From: an uncultured Actinomycetota bacterium | Lineage (GTDB): Bacteria; Actinomycetota; Actinomycetes; Streptosporangiales; Streptosporangiaceae | Assembly (NCBI GenBank): GCA_963774905.1 | Contig: CAVZHC010000003.1 | Coordinates: forward strand, 142,113-206,112 | Direction of reading: 5' to 3' | DNA length: 64,000 nucleotides | Shown here: piece after piece, positions 1 to 10,613 of the stretch | Layout: every line of letters begins with the position of its first letter | Position numbering within the stretch: position 1 is the stretch's first letter | Position numbers and translations under genes: made by a program | Notes under the pieces: generated by a model | The model's database searches: none | Told to the model about the DNA's origin: nothing | What the model saw: the letters and a program-made list of their open reading frames with translations, nothing else

Positions 1-1418
1 CGAACGACCGGTTCGTGGCCAGCGACCTGCTCAGGAACGCCTGCATCGCGGCGGGCGGCATCCTCCCGATGTGCCAGGACACCGGCACCGCGATCATCAT
101 GGGCAAGCGCGGCCAGCAGGTGCTGACCAGCGGGCACGACGACGAGCACATCGCGCGCGGCGTCTACGACGCCTACACCAAGCTGAACCTGCGCTACTCC
201 CAGCTCGCGCCGCTGACCATGTGGGACGAGCGCAACACGGGCACCAACCTGCCGGCCCAGATCGAGCTCTACGCCACCGACGGGGCCGAGTACAAGTTCC
301 TGTTCATGGCAAAGGGCGGCGGCTCGGCCAACAAGTCGTACCTTTACCAGGAGACCAAGGCGGTGCTGAACCCGGAGCGGATGGGCGTCTTCCTCGAGGA
401 GAAGCTCAGGGCGATCGGGACCGCCGCGTGCCCGCCGTACCACCTGGCGATCGTGATCGGCGGGACGAGCGCGGAGTTCGCGCTGAAGACCGCCAAGTAC
501 GCCTCGGCCAAGTACCTGGACTCGCTGCCGACCTCGGGCTCGATGGACGCGCACGGCTTCCGCGACACCGAGCTCGAGCAGGCCGTGCTCAAGCTCACCA
601 GGCGCAGCGGGATCGGCGCCCAGTTCGGCGGCAAGTACTTCTGCCACGACGTCAGGGTGATCAGGCTGCCCAGGCACGGCGCCTCCTGCCCGGTCGCGAT
701 CGCGGTGTCCTGCTCGGCCGACCGGCAGGCACTTGGCAAGATCACCAGGGACGGCGTCTTCCTCGAGCAGCTGGAAAACGACCCGGCGCAGTACCTGCCG
801 GAGGCCGAGGATGACGAGCTGGCGGGGGACGTGGTGCGGATCGACCTGTCCCGGCCGATGAGCGAGATCCGGGCCGAGCTGTCGAGGTACCCGATCAGGA
901 CCCGGCTCTCGCTGACCGGTCCGCTGGTGGTCGCGCGCGACATCGCGCACGCCAAGATCGCCGAGCGGCTGGCCGAGGGCGAGCCGATGCCCGCGTACCT
1001 GCGCGACCATGCCGTCTACTACGCCGGGCCGGCCAAGACCCCGGAGGGTTACGCGTCCGGGTCGTTCGGGCCGACCACGGCGGGCCGGATGGACAGCTAC
1101 GTCGAGCAGTTCCAGGCGGCGGGCGGGTCGCTGGTGATGCTCGCCAAGGGCAACCGCTCGGCCGCCGTGACGGCGGCATGCCAGAAGCACGGCGGCTTCT
1201 ACCTCGGCTCGATCGGCGGGGCTGCGGCCAGGCTGGCGCAGGAGTGCATCACGAAGGTCGAGGTGCTCGAGTACCCCGAGCTCGGGATGGAGGCGGTCTG
1301 GCGGATCGAGGTACGCGACTTCCCCGCGTTCATCGTGGTGGACGACAAGGGCAACGACTTCTTCGCGGACGTGACGACGCCGAAGACGCCGCTGCTGACC
1401 ATCGGCGCGCGGCCCTGA
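1..1418 (+). CDS. Fumarate hydratase, class I (Fe-S dependent), 5' end cut by window edge
   Basis: ORF 15..1418 stays open back to nt 3 ([10 protein letters not shown]...). Motif [17 protein letters not shown] and overall layout are typical of the class I fumarase/tartrate dehydratase family. Confidence 0.85.
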   Translation, partial: NDRFVASDLLRNACIAAGGILPMCQDTGTAIIMGKRGQQVLTSGHDDEHIARGVYDAYTKLNLRYSQLAPLTMWDERNTGTNLPAQIELYATDGAEYKFLFMAKGGGSANKSYLYQETKAVLNPERMGVFLEEKLRAIGTAACPPYHLAIVIGGTSAEFALKTAKYASAKYLDSLPTSGSMDAHGFRDTELEQAVLKLTRRSGIGAQFGGKYFCHDVRVIRLPRHGASCPVAIAVSCSADRQALGKITRDGVFLEQLENDPAQYLPEAEDDELAGDVVRIDLSRPMSEIRAELSRYPIRTRLSLTGPLVVARDIAHAKIAERLAEGEPMPAYLRDHAVYYAGPAKTPEGYASGSFGPTTAGRMDSYVEQFQAAGGSLVMLAKGNRSAAVTAACQKHGGFYLGSIGGAAARLAQECITKVEVLEYPELGMEAVWRIEVRDFPAFIVVDDKGNDFFADVTTPKTPLLTIGARP

Positions 1419-1572
1419 CTCCTGGCCCTGAGCACACGCCGAGTGCGGGTCCGTACGCTGCGGCCCCGCCGAGGACCGCGGGGCCGCCCCGCACGGCGAG
1501 GTCGGCACCGACCGAAACACAAACCAGCGTAATACCGGGCACTCTCCGCGCCGTGCGACCGCCGGTCCGACC

Positions 1573-1657
1573 CGGCGAGACTGCTTTTCATCCGCTAGCG
1601 CCTCACATAAGCCGCAAACCGGTCGTGATCATGGCGCTGGCGGATGATAAGTGGCGC
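1573..1657. repeat. Copy 1 of a ~85-nt conserved palindromic intergenic element (19-nt arms 1584-1602 / 1633-1651, 30-nt loop)
   Basis: Near-identical to 11533-11610. Arms CTTTTCATCCGCTAGCGCC / GGCGCTGGCGGATGATAAG, loop TCACATAAGCCGCAAACCGGTCGTGATCAT. Confidence 0.6.
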
Positions 1658-1770
1658 TGGAGGCCCGCGGACCTCGCCCGCGGGCGGTGTGCTTACGGCG
1701 CCGTGCACAGGCCGCGGCGGTAGTCAGGTCCGCCGGGCCGGGCTGCGGCGGCGTTGGGCATGATCGGACT

Positions 1771-3189
1771 ATGACCGATCGGGAGCAGCCGCCGGCCGGA
1801 TTCCGCGTCGAGCACGACTCGATGGGCGAGGTGCACGTCCCAGCGGACGCGCTGTGGGGAGCCCAGACGCAGCGGGCCCGCGAGCACCACGTGTCAGGCG
1901 AGCAGATGCCGCGCGAGGTGATCATCGCGCTCGCGCGGATCAAGTCAGCCGCCGCACTGGTCAACGCTGAGCTCGGCGTGATCGGCGACGACATCGCGCA
2001 GGCGATCGTCGCGGCGGCCGCCGAGATCTCTGCCGGTGAGCACGGGGACGGCGGGCACCTTGAGCACTTCCCGCTCGATGTGTTCCAGACCGGCTCGGGC
2101 ACGTCGACGAACATGAACGTGAACGAGGTGATCGCCCGGCTGGCCTCGGTCCGTCTCGGCCGGCCGGTGCACCCCAACGATGACGTCAACGCGTCACAGT
2201 CGTCGAACGACGTGTTCCCCTCCGCGGTGCATATGGCCGCCGCGCGGATGATCGGCGTACTGATCCGCAGCCTTGATCACCTGGCCGAGGCGCTCGAAGC
2301 CAAGGCGGCCGAGTTCGCCGATGCCGTGAAGGGCGGGCGCACCCACCTGATGGACGCGGTGCCGGTCACCCTCGGGCAGGAGTTCGGCGGGTACGCAGCG
2401 GCCGTCAGGCACGGCATCGGCCGGGCCAGGGCCGTGCTGCCCGAGGTCTGCGAACTGCCGCTTGGCGGCACCGCCGTGGGCACCGGGCTGAACGCTCCGC
2501 CCGGGTTCGCCAGGGCGGTGATCGAACTGCTCGCAACACCGACCCTGCCGTTCACCGAGGCAGCCAACCACTTCGAGGCGGCCGGCGGCCGCGACGCGCT
2601 GGTAGCCGCTAGCGGCGTGACTCGCACGATCGCGGTCAGCCTGTACAAGATATGCAACGACCTGCGGCTGATGGGCTCGGGGCCGCGCACCGGGCTGGCC
2701 GAGATCGCGATACCTGAGCTCCAGCCCGGCTCGTCGATCATGCCAGGCAAGGTCAACCCCGTGATCTGTGAGATGGTCTGCCAGGTCTGCGCCCAGGTCA
2801 TCGGCAACGACGCCGCGGTCGGCTTCGCCGGTGCGGCAGGCAACTTCGAGCTGAACGTCATGGTCCCGGTGATCGGCAGGAACCTGCTTGGGTCGCTGAG
2901 CCTGCTCGCGACCGCGTCGGTGCTGCTTGCCGACCGCTGCGTCGCGGGCATCACCGCGGACCCGGCCCGGCTGCGCAGGCTCGCCGAGTCCTCCCTTGTG
3001 CTCGTGACGGCGCTGAACAAGTACATCGGCTACGATGCGGCCGCCGCGGTCGCGCACGAGGCGCTGGCGACGGGCAGGACGATCAGGGACGTGGTGATCT
3101 CCCGCGGGCACGTGGACCGCGGCGAGATCACGCTGGAACAGCTCGACCGGGCCCTTGACGTACTCGCGATGGCCAGACCGCCGCGTTAG
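1771..3189 (+). CDS. fumC: Fumarate hydratase class II (aspartase/fumarase superfamily)
   Basis: [24 protein letters not shown]..., signature [14 protein letters not shown] 1771 preferred over the upstream ORF extension from 1651. Confidence 0.9.
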   Translation: MTDREQPPAGFRVEHDSMGEVHVPADALWGAQTQRAREHHVSGEQMPREVIIALARIKSAAALVNAELGVIGDDIAQAIVAAAAEISAGEHGDGGHLEHFPLDVFQTGSGTSTNMNVNEVIARLASVRLGRPVHPNDDVNASQSSNDVFPSAVHMAAARMIGVLIRSLDHLAEALEAKAAEFADAVKGGRTHLMDAVPVTLGQEFGGYAAAVRHGIGRARAVLPEVCELPLGGTAVGTGLNAPPGFARAVIELLATPTLPFTEAANHFEAAGGRDALVAASGVTRTIAVSLYKICNDLRLMGSGPRTGLAEIAIPELQPGSSIMPGKVNPVICEMVCQVCAQVIGNDAAVGFAGAAGNFELNVMVPVIGRNLLGSLSLLATASVLLADRCVAGITADPARLRRLAESSLVLVTALNKYIGYDAAAAVAHEALATGRTIRDVVISRGHVDRGEITLEQLDRALDVLAMARPPR

Positions 3190-3250
3190 GCCAATTTCGC
3201 AGTGGAATTCACACCAACCTCTCAGAAATCTGTAAGCCGATCCGCGTAGA

Positions 3251-6100
3251 TTGCTCGTCATGCTCTCCGTTCCTGCGTCCGGCCACATGGTGGCCGGACG
3301 CTACCGGTTGATCGACCAGCTTGGCCGGGGCGCCATGGGGATCGTCTGGCGCGGCCGCGACGAGCTGCTCGACCGCGACGTGGCTGTTAAGCAGATCGTG
3401 CCTGCCGCGATGACCTCGCCCGGCGAGATGCAGGCCAGCTACCAGCGCACGCTGCGTGAGGCCAGGACAGCGGCCAGGCTGAGCCACCCGGGCGTGGTCA
3501 CCGTCTTCGACGTGGTCGAGGAAGAGGGCACGCCGTGGATCGTGATGGAGCTGATCAGGGCCAGACCGCTTGACCAGGTGATCGCCGAGGACGGCCCGCT
3601 GCCGCCCGCGCAGGCCGCGCAGCTCGGGCTGAGTCTGCTCGACGCGCTCACCAGCGCGCACGCCGCCGGGGTGCTGCACCGTGACGTCAAGCCGAGCAAC
3701 GTGCTGATCAGCCCGGAGGGCAAGGCCGTTCTCACCGACTTCGGCATCGCCACGATCCAGGGCGATCCCAGCATGACCCTGGCGGGCATGGTGGTCGGTA
3801 CGCCGGGGTTCTCCCCGCCCGAGCGAGTGCGTGGCGCCGACGCCACACCCGCCTCTGACCTATGGTCCTTGGGAGCTACCCTGTACGCGGCCGTCGAGGG
3901 CCGCGGGCCGTTCGATCGGGCCGGCGGCTCGATGGCGATCGTGGCCAGCATCGCGACCGAGCCGGCGCCGCGGGCACCGTCGGCGGGACCGCTCGGCCCG
4001 GTGATCGACGCGCTGCTGCGGGTAAACCCCGTCGAGCGGCCCGATGCCGCGGCGACCGCGTCCATGCTCACCGAGGCGCTCGATGCCGCCCGCAAGGCCG
4101 GCCTGGACTCCTGGGGATACGCGAGCTACGGTGGCGCCGACCTCGGGCCGGGCCAGGCTCAGCGGCCCGGCGCCGGCGGGCACGGCGTGTTCCCCGCCAA
4201 CCTTGCGGCGGCTCAGGCGAGCTCGGACGCCACCACGGCTACGCAGGTCGTCGGCGTCCAGGTCAGCACCGATACGCAGGGCCGCCCGCTGGCGGTACCT
4301 GGCCAAGCGGCCGCGGCCGACGGGCGGAATGGGGCCGAGTCAGCAGCGTCGGCAGACGGCAGGGCCGACATGACCGCGGCGGTCCGGGCGGTGGCCGACG
4401 AGGCCGGGCTGGCCAATCGGGCCGGGCGGGCCGAGGCAGCCCGAGCAGCTGGCGAAGCGGGCGGGCGGATTGGTGCTGGCGCGCAAGCGGCTGCGGACGG
4501 AGCCGCCGCAGGTGCGGGCGCGAAGGCCGCCGCAGGCGCGAGTCCGGTCGCGGCTGCGGATGCGGCTGGGGCGCGTGGGCCCGCTGTCGCGAGCGGTCCT
4601 GTCGCGGCGCCGGATGCAATTGAGGCCGGTGGATCTCTTGTGGCCGATGGATCTGCTGTGGCCGGACCCGGTGCCGCGGGACCCGGTGCCGCGGGGGCCG
4701 GGGCGGACGCGGCTGCGGCTGCCGCCACCGACGTCATCCCCGACCTGACGGCGACCCCGGTCTTTGCCGAACTGAAGATGCCGGAACTGCCCGGAGCCGC
4801 TGACCAGATGTCACTGGCCGACAACATTGGCCCCGCCGCGGTCGGACTCGCCAATCCGCCGTCGCTCGACGCCGCCAAGGTCGACAATCCCGCCAGGGTC
4901 GATCACGCTGCCAAGTCCGACCGGGGCGCGAAGGCAGTGAGAGCCGCCAAGATCGGGCGCACTGCCAAGGCGGGCGGCACGGCCAAAGCGGGCGGCATGA
5001 TCAAAGCGGGCGGCGCATCCAAGGCCGGCGTTCGGAACGGCGCCGGCAACGGACTGGCCACGGCGGCTGGCGGCAGCGGATCGGCTGGAGCCGATAGTCC
5101 GGGCGCTGGGATCGCCGACGCCGCCACTACCCCTCGTAAGACCAGCCGCGCCGCGGGGCGAGAGACGGCTGGATCGCGTTCCGGCGGCTCGTACACTGCC
5201 GGAGCCGGCCGGTCCAGGCGTGGCATGGCCGCGCTGGCCTCCGTCGCCGCGGCCGCGATCGTGGCCGCCGTCGCGTTCTTCGCCTTCCCGAGCGCCGGTG
5301 ATTCGCTGCTGCACGGTCTGTCCAAGCTGCCCGGCAGCCGAACCTTGTCTGGCTCGGCGCCTGCCCCCAGCCTCACCCGCAACGGCGGCGGCCACCGGAC
5401 AACCCCGGGCAGCGGCGGCACGACCACTGGCCCCACGCCGGGCAGGTCGCATCACGGCAAGCCCGCACCGACGCCCACCGGGTCGTCGCACCACTCGAGC
5501 GGGCCGTCACCATCCGGCTCCCCCACGCCGTCTACCCACCCGTCATCGGGCTCGCCGAGCCCGTCGGTGAGCCCGACCCCGTCGCCCACGCCGACCCTGA
5601 CTAGCCCGACGCCCACCGCGCTGCCGCCGGGCTACGCCTGGCAGTCGGTCTCGGCGGCGACCGCCGGGACCACGGCGGGCTTCAGGCTCGCGACTCCGGC
5701 GTCATGGCTGCTGGCTGCAGGGCTGGACTCGACGATCCAGCCGCTGCTCGGCAGCGCCAGGCTCGCCGTGGACATGTCCCCGTTCGTCTACCAGTGGCCG
5801 GTCAGGGAGGCCAAGTACCTCCAGGCGACCGGGCTTGCCGAGCACACCTACCACGGCTACCACCTGGTCGCGATCCTGGCGATCAGGTTCCATGGCTTCG
5901 CGGCGGCGAGCTGGACGTTCTCGTGGAAGCCGGTCGGGGCCCTGAGCAGGTTCGACACGACGGCGATCGTCTTCACCGCGAAGACGTCGGCAGGGCCGCA
6001 GGCCTACGTGCTGTCGATATCGGCGCCGATTAGCAGGACCACCTTGGCCAGCCACGTCATGCGGGTCGCGATGCGGACCTTCGCCCCGCTGCCCGGCTAG
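3251..6100 (+). CDS. Transmembrane Ser/Thr protein kinase with long Ala/Gly-rich linker, one TM helix, Pro/Ser/Thr linker and a ~170-aa C-terminal extracytoplasmic domain
   Basis: Hanks kinase motifs (GRGAMGIVW, VAVKQ, HRDVKPSNVL, DFG). TM MAALASVAAAAIVAAVAFFAF. Alternative starts at ATG 3260 and 3287. Confidence 0.85.
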   Translation: MLVMLSVPASGHMVAGRYRLIDQLGRGAMGIVWRGRDELLDRDVAVKQIVPAAMTSPGEMQASYQRTLREARTAARLSHPGVVTVFDVVEEEGTPWIVMELIRARPLDQVIAEDGPLPPAQAAQLGLSLLDALTSAHAAGVLHRDVKPSNVLISPEGKAVLTDFGIATIQGDPSMTLAGMVVGTPGFSPPERVRGADATPASDLWSLGATLYAAVEGRGPFDRAGGSMAIVASIATEPAPRAPSAGPLGPVIDALLRVNPVERPDAAATASMLTEALDAARKAGLDSWGYASYGGADLGPGQAQRPGAGGHGVFPANLAAAQASSDATTATQVVGVQVSTDTQGRPLAVPGQAAAADGRNGAESAASADGRADMTAAVRAVADEAGLANRAGRAEAARAAGEAGGRIGAGAQAAADGAAAGAGAKAAAGASPVAAADAAGARGPAVASGPVAAPDAIEAGGSLVADGSAVAGPGAAGPGAAGAGADAAAAAATDVIPDLTATPVFAELKMPELPGAADQMSLADNIGPAAVGLANPPSLDAAKVDNPARVDHAAKSDRGAKAVRAAKIGRTAKAGGTAKAGGMIKAGGASKAGVRNGAGNGLATAAGGSGSAGADSPGAGIADAATTPRKTSRAAGRETAGSRSGGSYTAGAGRSRRGMAALASVAAAAIVAAVAFFAFPSAGDSLLHGLSKLPGSRTLSGSAPAPSLTRNGGGHRTTPGSGGTTTGPTPGRSHHGKPAPTPTGSSHHSSGPSPSGSPTPSTHPSSGSPSPSVSPTPSPTPTLTSPTPTALPPGYAWQSVSAATAGTTAGFRLATPASWLLAAGLDSTIQPLLGSARLAVDMSPFVYQWPVREAKYLQATGLAEHTYHGYHLVAILAIRFHGFAAASWTFSWKPVGALSRFDTTAIVFTAKTSAGPQAYVLSISAPISRTTLASHVMRVAMRTFAPLPG

Positions 6101-6227
6101 CCCGCTGTGTTCGCGGCCGACGCTGGCAGCGGCCAGGAGCCGCCATGCGCTCACTGGAACCTCGCGCCAGCGGCCCAAGTTACTCATGACTACCAGGTGC
6201 CGGAGCGATGCGGCTGCCCAGAACCGC

Positions 6228-6863
6228 CTAGTACCACCCGTTGTCCTGCCAGAACGCCCATGCGTTGCAAGGCGTGCCGTAGCGGCCCTTGATGTACCCG
6301 AGACCCCACCTGATCTGGGTGGCCGGGTTGGTCTGCCAGTCCGGGCCCGCGCTGGCCATCTTGGAGCCCGGCAGCGCCTGCGGGATGCCGTAGGCACCAC
6401 TGGCGTTGGCGGCGTTCCAACGCCAGCCGCTCTCCCTGGCCCAGATGTTGTTCAGGCAGCCGAACTGGTCCGTGCTAAAACCGAAGGACGCCAGCATGTT
6501 GTAGGCGATCGCCTCTGCCGTCCCGGGGTCGGGCGCCGCAGCCGCCACGATAGGGGCGCCGCCGGCCGGGGCCGGGACCGTCGCCACCGTGGGCGTGCCG
6601 ACGACCTTGAACTTCTTGGTCGCGGCCGCCATCAGGATCAGGTGCTGGCGCTGCTGCTCAAGGTGCACGGCTGGCTTGCTGGCCGGCAGTGCTCCGAGCG
6701 CGTCGCCGAGTGGGTTGGCCTGCACCGGGGCGGCGAACTGACCGATCATGTACTCGGCGCCGCCGAAGATGCAGGCCGAGGCGATGACCGTGGTGAGCAA
6801 GAAGGCACGAACACTCCTGCGCGGCCGCCGCTTCGTGGCCATGCGCCTGCGGTGCTGTGACAA
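6228..6863 (-). CDS. Secreted lytic-transglycosylase-like (SLT / aggregation-promoting-factor C-terminal type) cell-wall protein
   Basis: N-terminal signal/TM segment. C-terminus NIWARESGWRWNAANASGAYGIPQALPGSKM...TQIRWGLGYIKGRYGTPCNAWAFWQ is typical of this family. Confidence 0.7.
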   Translation of the reverse strand: MSQHRRRMATKRRPRRSVRAFLLTTVIASACIFGGAEYMIGQFAAPVQANPLGDALGALPASKPAVHLEQQRQHLILMAAATKKFKVVGTPTVATVPAPAGGAPIVAAAAPDPGTAEAIAYNMLASFGFSTDQFGCLNNIWARESGWRWNAANASGAYGIPQALPGSKMASAGPDWQTNPATQIRWGLGYIKGRYGTPCNAWAFWQDNGWY

Positions 6864-7287
6864 TGCCGTCCTTCCGTCGGCCAGGCGCGCCGGGCGATGT
6901 GCCCAGTGCGCAGACCGCTGCGGTCAAAGGCAGCGAGTCGCGTGAACGGTGCCGACCCGCCGTAGTCCTGCCATTGCGGGCAGAACCACCGAAACAAGGA
7001 GCCAACTCCGCTGCCGCACCACGTTGCCAGATGCGAACGACCCGACAAAGCGTTTCCGCCGAAAAAGTTGTGGCGAGTGCGAAGGAATTTGTGTCGTGCA
7101 GGTCACAGATTGGCCATCAGTATCGTAACGATCACGAGGGGTAACCGAGGCCAGGCTGTGACCACCGCTTGACGCGGAGGAGTCGCCGACACGCCGGCGC
7201 TACCCTGGAACCAGGGTCCGCGCCAGTGCGCCGAGGCGCCCGGGCGGGCTCGCGCACCGGCCGCGAACCACGAGCAGGGAGCCAGCG

Positions 7288-8133
7288 ATGTCGGCAGACG
7301 GAACTCGCCGGGCCAAGGCACCACGGCGCGGCTGGACGCTGGACTCGGGGGAGGCCCAGGCCGTGCTCACGAGTGCGCGCAAGGCCTTCTTCGTGATGGT
7401 CGGGATCCTCGCCCTGCTGTGGGCGATCCAGATCCTGAACTTCATCGACCACTACAACCTGAACCCCACCTACGGGATCAAGCCCCGGGACGTGGCCAGC
7501 CTGCCCGACATCCTCACCGCCCCGTTCCTGCACGTCAGCTGGACGCACATCGAGGGCAACTCGGGCCCGCTGTTCATCTTCGGGTTCCTCGCTGCCTACC
7601 GCGGCCTGGCCAAGTTCGCCGCCGTCACCGCGATCGTGGTGGTTACCAGCGGGCTCGCCGCCTGGTTCTTCGAGGCGCCGCGCACCTACGGCGTCGGGGC
7701 CAGCGGGGTGGTGTTCGGCTACCTCGGCTACATCTTGGTCCGCGGCCTGTTCGACCGGCGCGGCATCGACGTACTGATCGCGGCCGTGATGGCGCTGTGC
7801 TTCGCCTACCAGTTCTCCGTGCTGCTGCCGCAGCAGGGAATCGGCTGGCAGGCGCACATCGGCGGTCTGGCCGGGGGCATCGTGTCCGGCTGGCTGCTGC
7901 GCGACCGCCGTGCGGCGCGGACGGCAGCGGCTGCGCGGGCGGTCAGTCCGGGCGCCACGCCGGCGGGCACCGCCATCGCCACCGCCGGCCGGGCTGGCCC
8001 CGGCGGCCAGGTGCGGCCGGTCCAGACGACGAAGGGCAAGCAGTCAGGCCAGCCGAGCGGCAAGAAGTTCGCCGTCGACCCCTCCAACCCCCGCGCCGAC
8101 CTGTACAAACAGCTCGACGACATGGGCCTCTGA
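7288..8133 (+). CDS. Rhomboid family intramembrane serine protease
   Basis: Multi-TM protein. Motifs HIEGN, GASGVVFG (catalytic Ser) and HIGGLAGG (catalytic His). Confidence 0.8.
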   Translation: MSADGTRRAKAPRRGWTLDSGEAQAVLTSARKAFFVMVGILALLWAIQILNFIDHYNLNPTYGIKPRDVASLPDILTAPFLHVSWTHIEGNSGPLFIFGFLAAYRGLAKFAAVTAIVVVTSGLAAWFFEAPRTYGVGASGVVFGYLGYILVRGLFDRRGIDVLIAAVMALCFAYQFSVLLPQQGIGWQAHIGGLAGGIVSGWLLRDRRAARTAAAARAVSPGATPAGTAIATAGRAGPGGQVRPVQTTKGKQSGQPSGKKFAVDPSNPRADLYKQLDDMGL

Positions 8134-8182
8134 CCCACTCCACGCCCCTCTCGCCCCGCGCCGCTCCTCCGATCCGCGCGCG

Positions 8183-8366
8183 ACGTGGGCACTTCACTGT
8201 CGCCAGAGCAGCAGCGAAGTGCCCACGTCATTTCGGGTCCGCGCCGGGCCCGGGCAGCCGGGCAGCCGCGCGCAACGTGGGCACTTCACTGTCGCCAGAG
8301 CAGCAGCGGAGTGCCCACGTTACTTCGGGTCCGCGGCGGCCCCGGGCAGCCGGGCAGCCGGGCGCT
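8183..8366. repeat. Two tandem 92-bp units, each with a 13-bp-stem hairpin ACGTGGGCACTTC...GAAGTGCCCACGT plus a GC-rich tail
   Basis: ACGTGG recurs at 8183 and 8275. Arms at 8183-8195/8216-8228 and 8275-8287/8308-8320. Tail CCGGGCAGCCGGGCAGCC is repeated. Confidence 0.8.
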
Positions 8367-8424
8367 GAGGTCCCGCGAGGCCCAGCCGCGAGGCCCAGCC
8401 CCAGCGCTGGCCTACCCTTCGCCC

Positions 8425-10002
8425 ATGGGTGCGCTGCTCATCGCGGGAACGTCGTCGGACGCCGGCAAGACCGTACTGACCGCCGGGCTGTGCCGCTGGC
8501 TGGCCAGGCGGGGCGTGCGGGTGGCACCGTTCAAGGCGCAGAACATGTCGCTGAACTCCTACGTGACCCGGTCCGGCGCGGAGATCGGCCGGGCCCAGGC
8601 CGCGCAGGCGGCCGCGTGCGGCATCGAGCCTGAGGCGGCGATGAACCCGGTCCTGCTCAAGCCCGACGGCGACACGACCAGCCAGCTGATCGTGCTCGGC
8701 CACGCCGCCGGCGAGCACGATGCGGCCCGCTACTGGGGCGGCGTCGGCAGTTCGCTGCTCGACGTCGTGCTCGGCGCGTTCAGCGACCTGGCCGCCCGGT
8801 TCGACGCGGTCATCTGCGAGGGCGCGGGCAGCCCAGCCGAGATCAACCTGCGCGGCTCCGACATCGTGAACATGGGCTTCGCCCGCGCCGCCGGCGTGCC
8901 CGCGCTGCTCGTCGGCGACATCGACCGCGGCGGGGTCTTCGCCTCCCTGGTGGGCACGCTTGCGGTACTTGACCCGGCCGACCAGGCGCTGATCACCGGT
9001 TTCGTAATTAACAAATTCCGCGGTGAACTCGCCCTGCTCAGGCCGGGCCTGGCGATGCTGGAGCAGATGACCGGCCGCCCGGTCTGCGGCGTGCTGCCCT
9101 ATGCGGAGGGCATCGGGGTGGACGCCGAGGACGCGATCGACTGGGCGCTGCTGCGCTCCGGCAGCCCGCCGCTCAGCGACGACGTGCTGCGGGTGTCGGT
9201 CGTCGCGCTGCCGCGGATGAGCAATCACACGGACGTGGACGCGCTCGCGGTCGAGCCTGGCGTGGTGGTGCGGTTCGCCAGGCACGCGGCAGAACTCGCC
9301 GACGCCGACCTCATAGTGCTGCCGGGAACCCGGACGACCGTGACGGACCTGGCCTGGCTGCGCGAGCGCGGGATCGACGCCGCGATCGGCCGGCACGCCG
9401 CGGCGGGGCGGCCGGTACTCGGCATCTGCGGCGGCTACCAGATGCTTGGCACGCTGATCGACGACCTGGTGGAGAGCAGGGCAGGGACCGTCCCAGGGCT
9501 CGGCCTGCTGCCGGTGCGCACCACGTTCGCTGCAGAGAAGGTCCTGGCCAGGCCGTCTGCTGTGCTCGGCGACGGGACCACGGTGCAGGGGTACGAGATC
9601 CACCACGGCACGGTCGACCGCGAGGCCGGGGCGCCGTTCTTCGCCGACGAGGGCTGCCGCTCCGGCCCGATAGCTGGGACGCTCTGGCACGGCCTGCTGG
9701 AGAACGACGCCTTCAGGCGGGGCTACCTGACGGACGTCGCGCGACGGTGCGGCCGCCGCTTCCTGGTCGCTCCCGACACCAGCTTCGGCGAGATCCGCCA
9801 GGCCAGGCTGGACCGGCTCGGTGATCTTGTTGCGGAAAATATCGACACTGACCTCGTGCTCGGGCTGCTTGCCACGGGAGGCGGCCGGGCCAGGGCCCTG
9901 CGGCTGGCGCTCGATCCCGAGCCGGGCGGGGCTGGCCGCGGCGCCGCGTCGGTACGCTCGCCGGACGGAGGTGACTTGCCGGACGGAGGTGAGAGGCCGT
10001 GA
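8425..10002 (+). CDS. cobQ: Cobyric acid synthase
   Basis: [26 protein letters not shown]...[11 protein letters not shown]-terminal glutamine amidotransferase domain ([10 protein letters not shown]). The upstream part of ORF 8185.. is repeat sequence. Confidence 0.9.
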   Translation: MGALLIAGTSSDAGKTVLTAGLCRWLARRGVRVAPFKAQNMSLNSYVTRSGAEIGRAQAAQAAACGIEPEAAMNPVLLKPDGDTTSQLIVLGHAAGEHDAARYWGGVGSSLLDVVLGAFSDLAARFDAVICEGAGSPAEINLRGSDIVNMGFARAAGVPALLVGDIDRGGVFASLVGTLAVLDPADQALITGFVINKFRGELALLRPGLAMLEQMTGRPVCGVLPYAEGIGVDAEDAIDWALLRSGSPPLSDDVLRVSVVALPRMSNHTDVDALAVEPGVVVRFARHAAELADADLIVLPGTRTTVTDLAWLRERGIDAAIGRHAAAGRPVLGICGGYQMLGTLIDDLVESRAGTVPGLGLLPVRTTFAAEKVLARPSAVLGDGTTVQGYEIHHGTVDREAGAPFFADEGCRSGPIAGTLWHGLLENDAFRRGYLTDVARRCGRRFLVAPDTSFGEIRQARLDRLGDLVAENIDTDLVLGLLATGGGRARALRLALDPEPGGAGRGAASVRSPDGGDLPDGGERP

Positions 10003-10592
10003 CGGCGACCGGGGGCGCGCAGGCCGGCGGGGGCACCGGTGCCCTGCTGCCGCGGCGCACCAGGCGGCTGGTGCTGCGGGCGTTCCGGCATGGGGACGAG
10101 GCCGACGTGCTCGCCTACCGCAGCCGGTCCGACGTGGTCAGGTACATGCCGGCCGAGCCGCTCGGCGAACCGGAGGCGCCCGCGTGGATCGCCGAGCGGG
10201 CAGGCGCGGGGCAGATCGCGGCGGACATGGACGTGATCATCATGGCCGTCGAGCACGGCGGCCGGGTCATCGGCGACGTGGTGATCAAGTCGGGGCGGCT
10301 GGCTGACCGGCAGGCCGAGATCGGCTGGGCGCTCAACCCGGAGTTCCACGGCCGCGGACTGGCCACCGAGGCCGCGCGGGAACTGCTGGTGATGGCGTTC
10401 GGTGAGCTGGGCATGCACCGGGTGTGGGCGCAGCTCGACCCGAGGAACGCGCCTTCGGCGCGGATCTGCGAGCGGCTCGGGATGCGGCTGGAAGCCCAGT
10501 TCCGCGAGGACATCTGGTTCAAGGGCGAATGGGGTGACACCTGGGTCTACGGGCTGCTCGCGCAGGAGTGGCGGGCGGCTCGCGGCGGGTGA
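9999..10592 (+). CDS. GNAT family N-acetyltransferase (RimJ/RimL-like)
   Basis: [24 protein letters not shown]...[26 protein letters not shown] start overlaps the cobQ stop (GTGA). Confidence 0.8.
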   Translation: MTATGGAQAGGGTGALLPRRTRRLVLRAFRHGDEADVLAYRSRSDVVRYMPAEPLGEPEAPAWIAERAGAGQIAADMDVIIMAVEHGGRVIGDVVIKSGRLADRQAEIGWALNPEFHGRGLATEAARELLVMAFGELGMHRVWAQLDPRNAPSARICERLGMRLEAQFREDIWFKGEWGDTWVYGLLAQEWRAARGG

Positions 10593-10613
10593 GCGCGGCC
10601 GTGGGCAGGCTGG

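Noticed and set aside
6864-7287. Possible cyclic-di-AMP (ydaO-type) riboswitch in the long leader of the transglycosylase-like gene. Such riboswitches often precede cell-wall hydrolase genes in actinobacteria.
   Set aside because: I read the minus strand for the conserved GGGGACCCA / GGGGUGAAUC / CAGCUAACCUCGUA blocks and found none. A covariance-model scan would be the definitive test.
8134-8424. Cobalamin riboswitch upstream of cobQ, or a CRISPR array.
   Set aside because: No B12-box-like core was seen. The region is two contiguous 92-bp units without unique spacers, and no cas genes are present.
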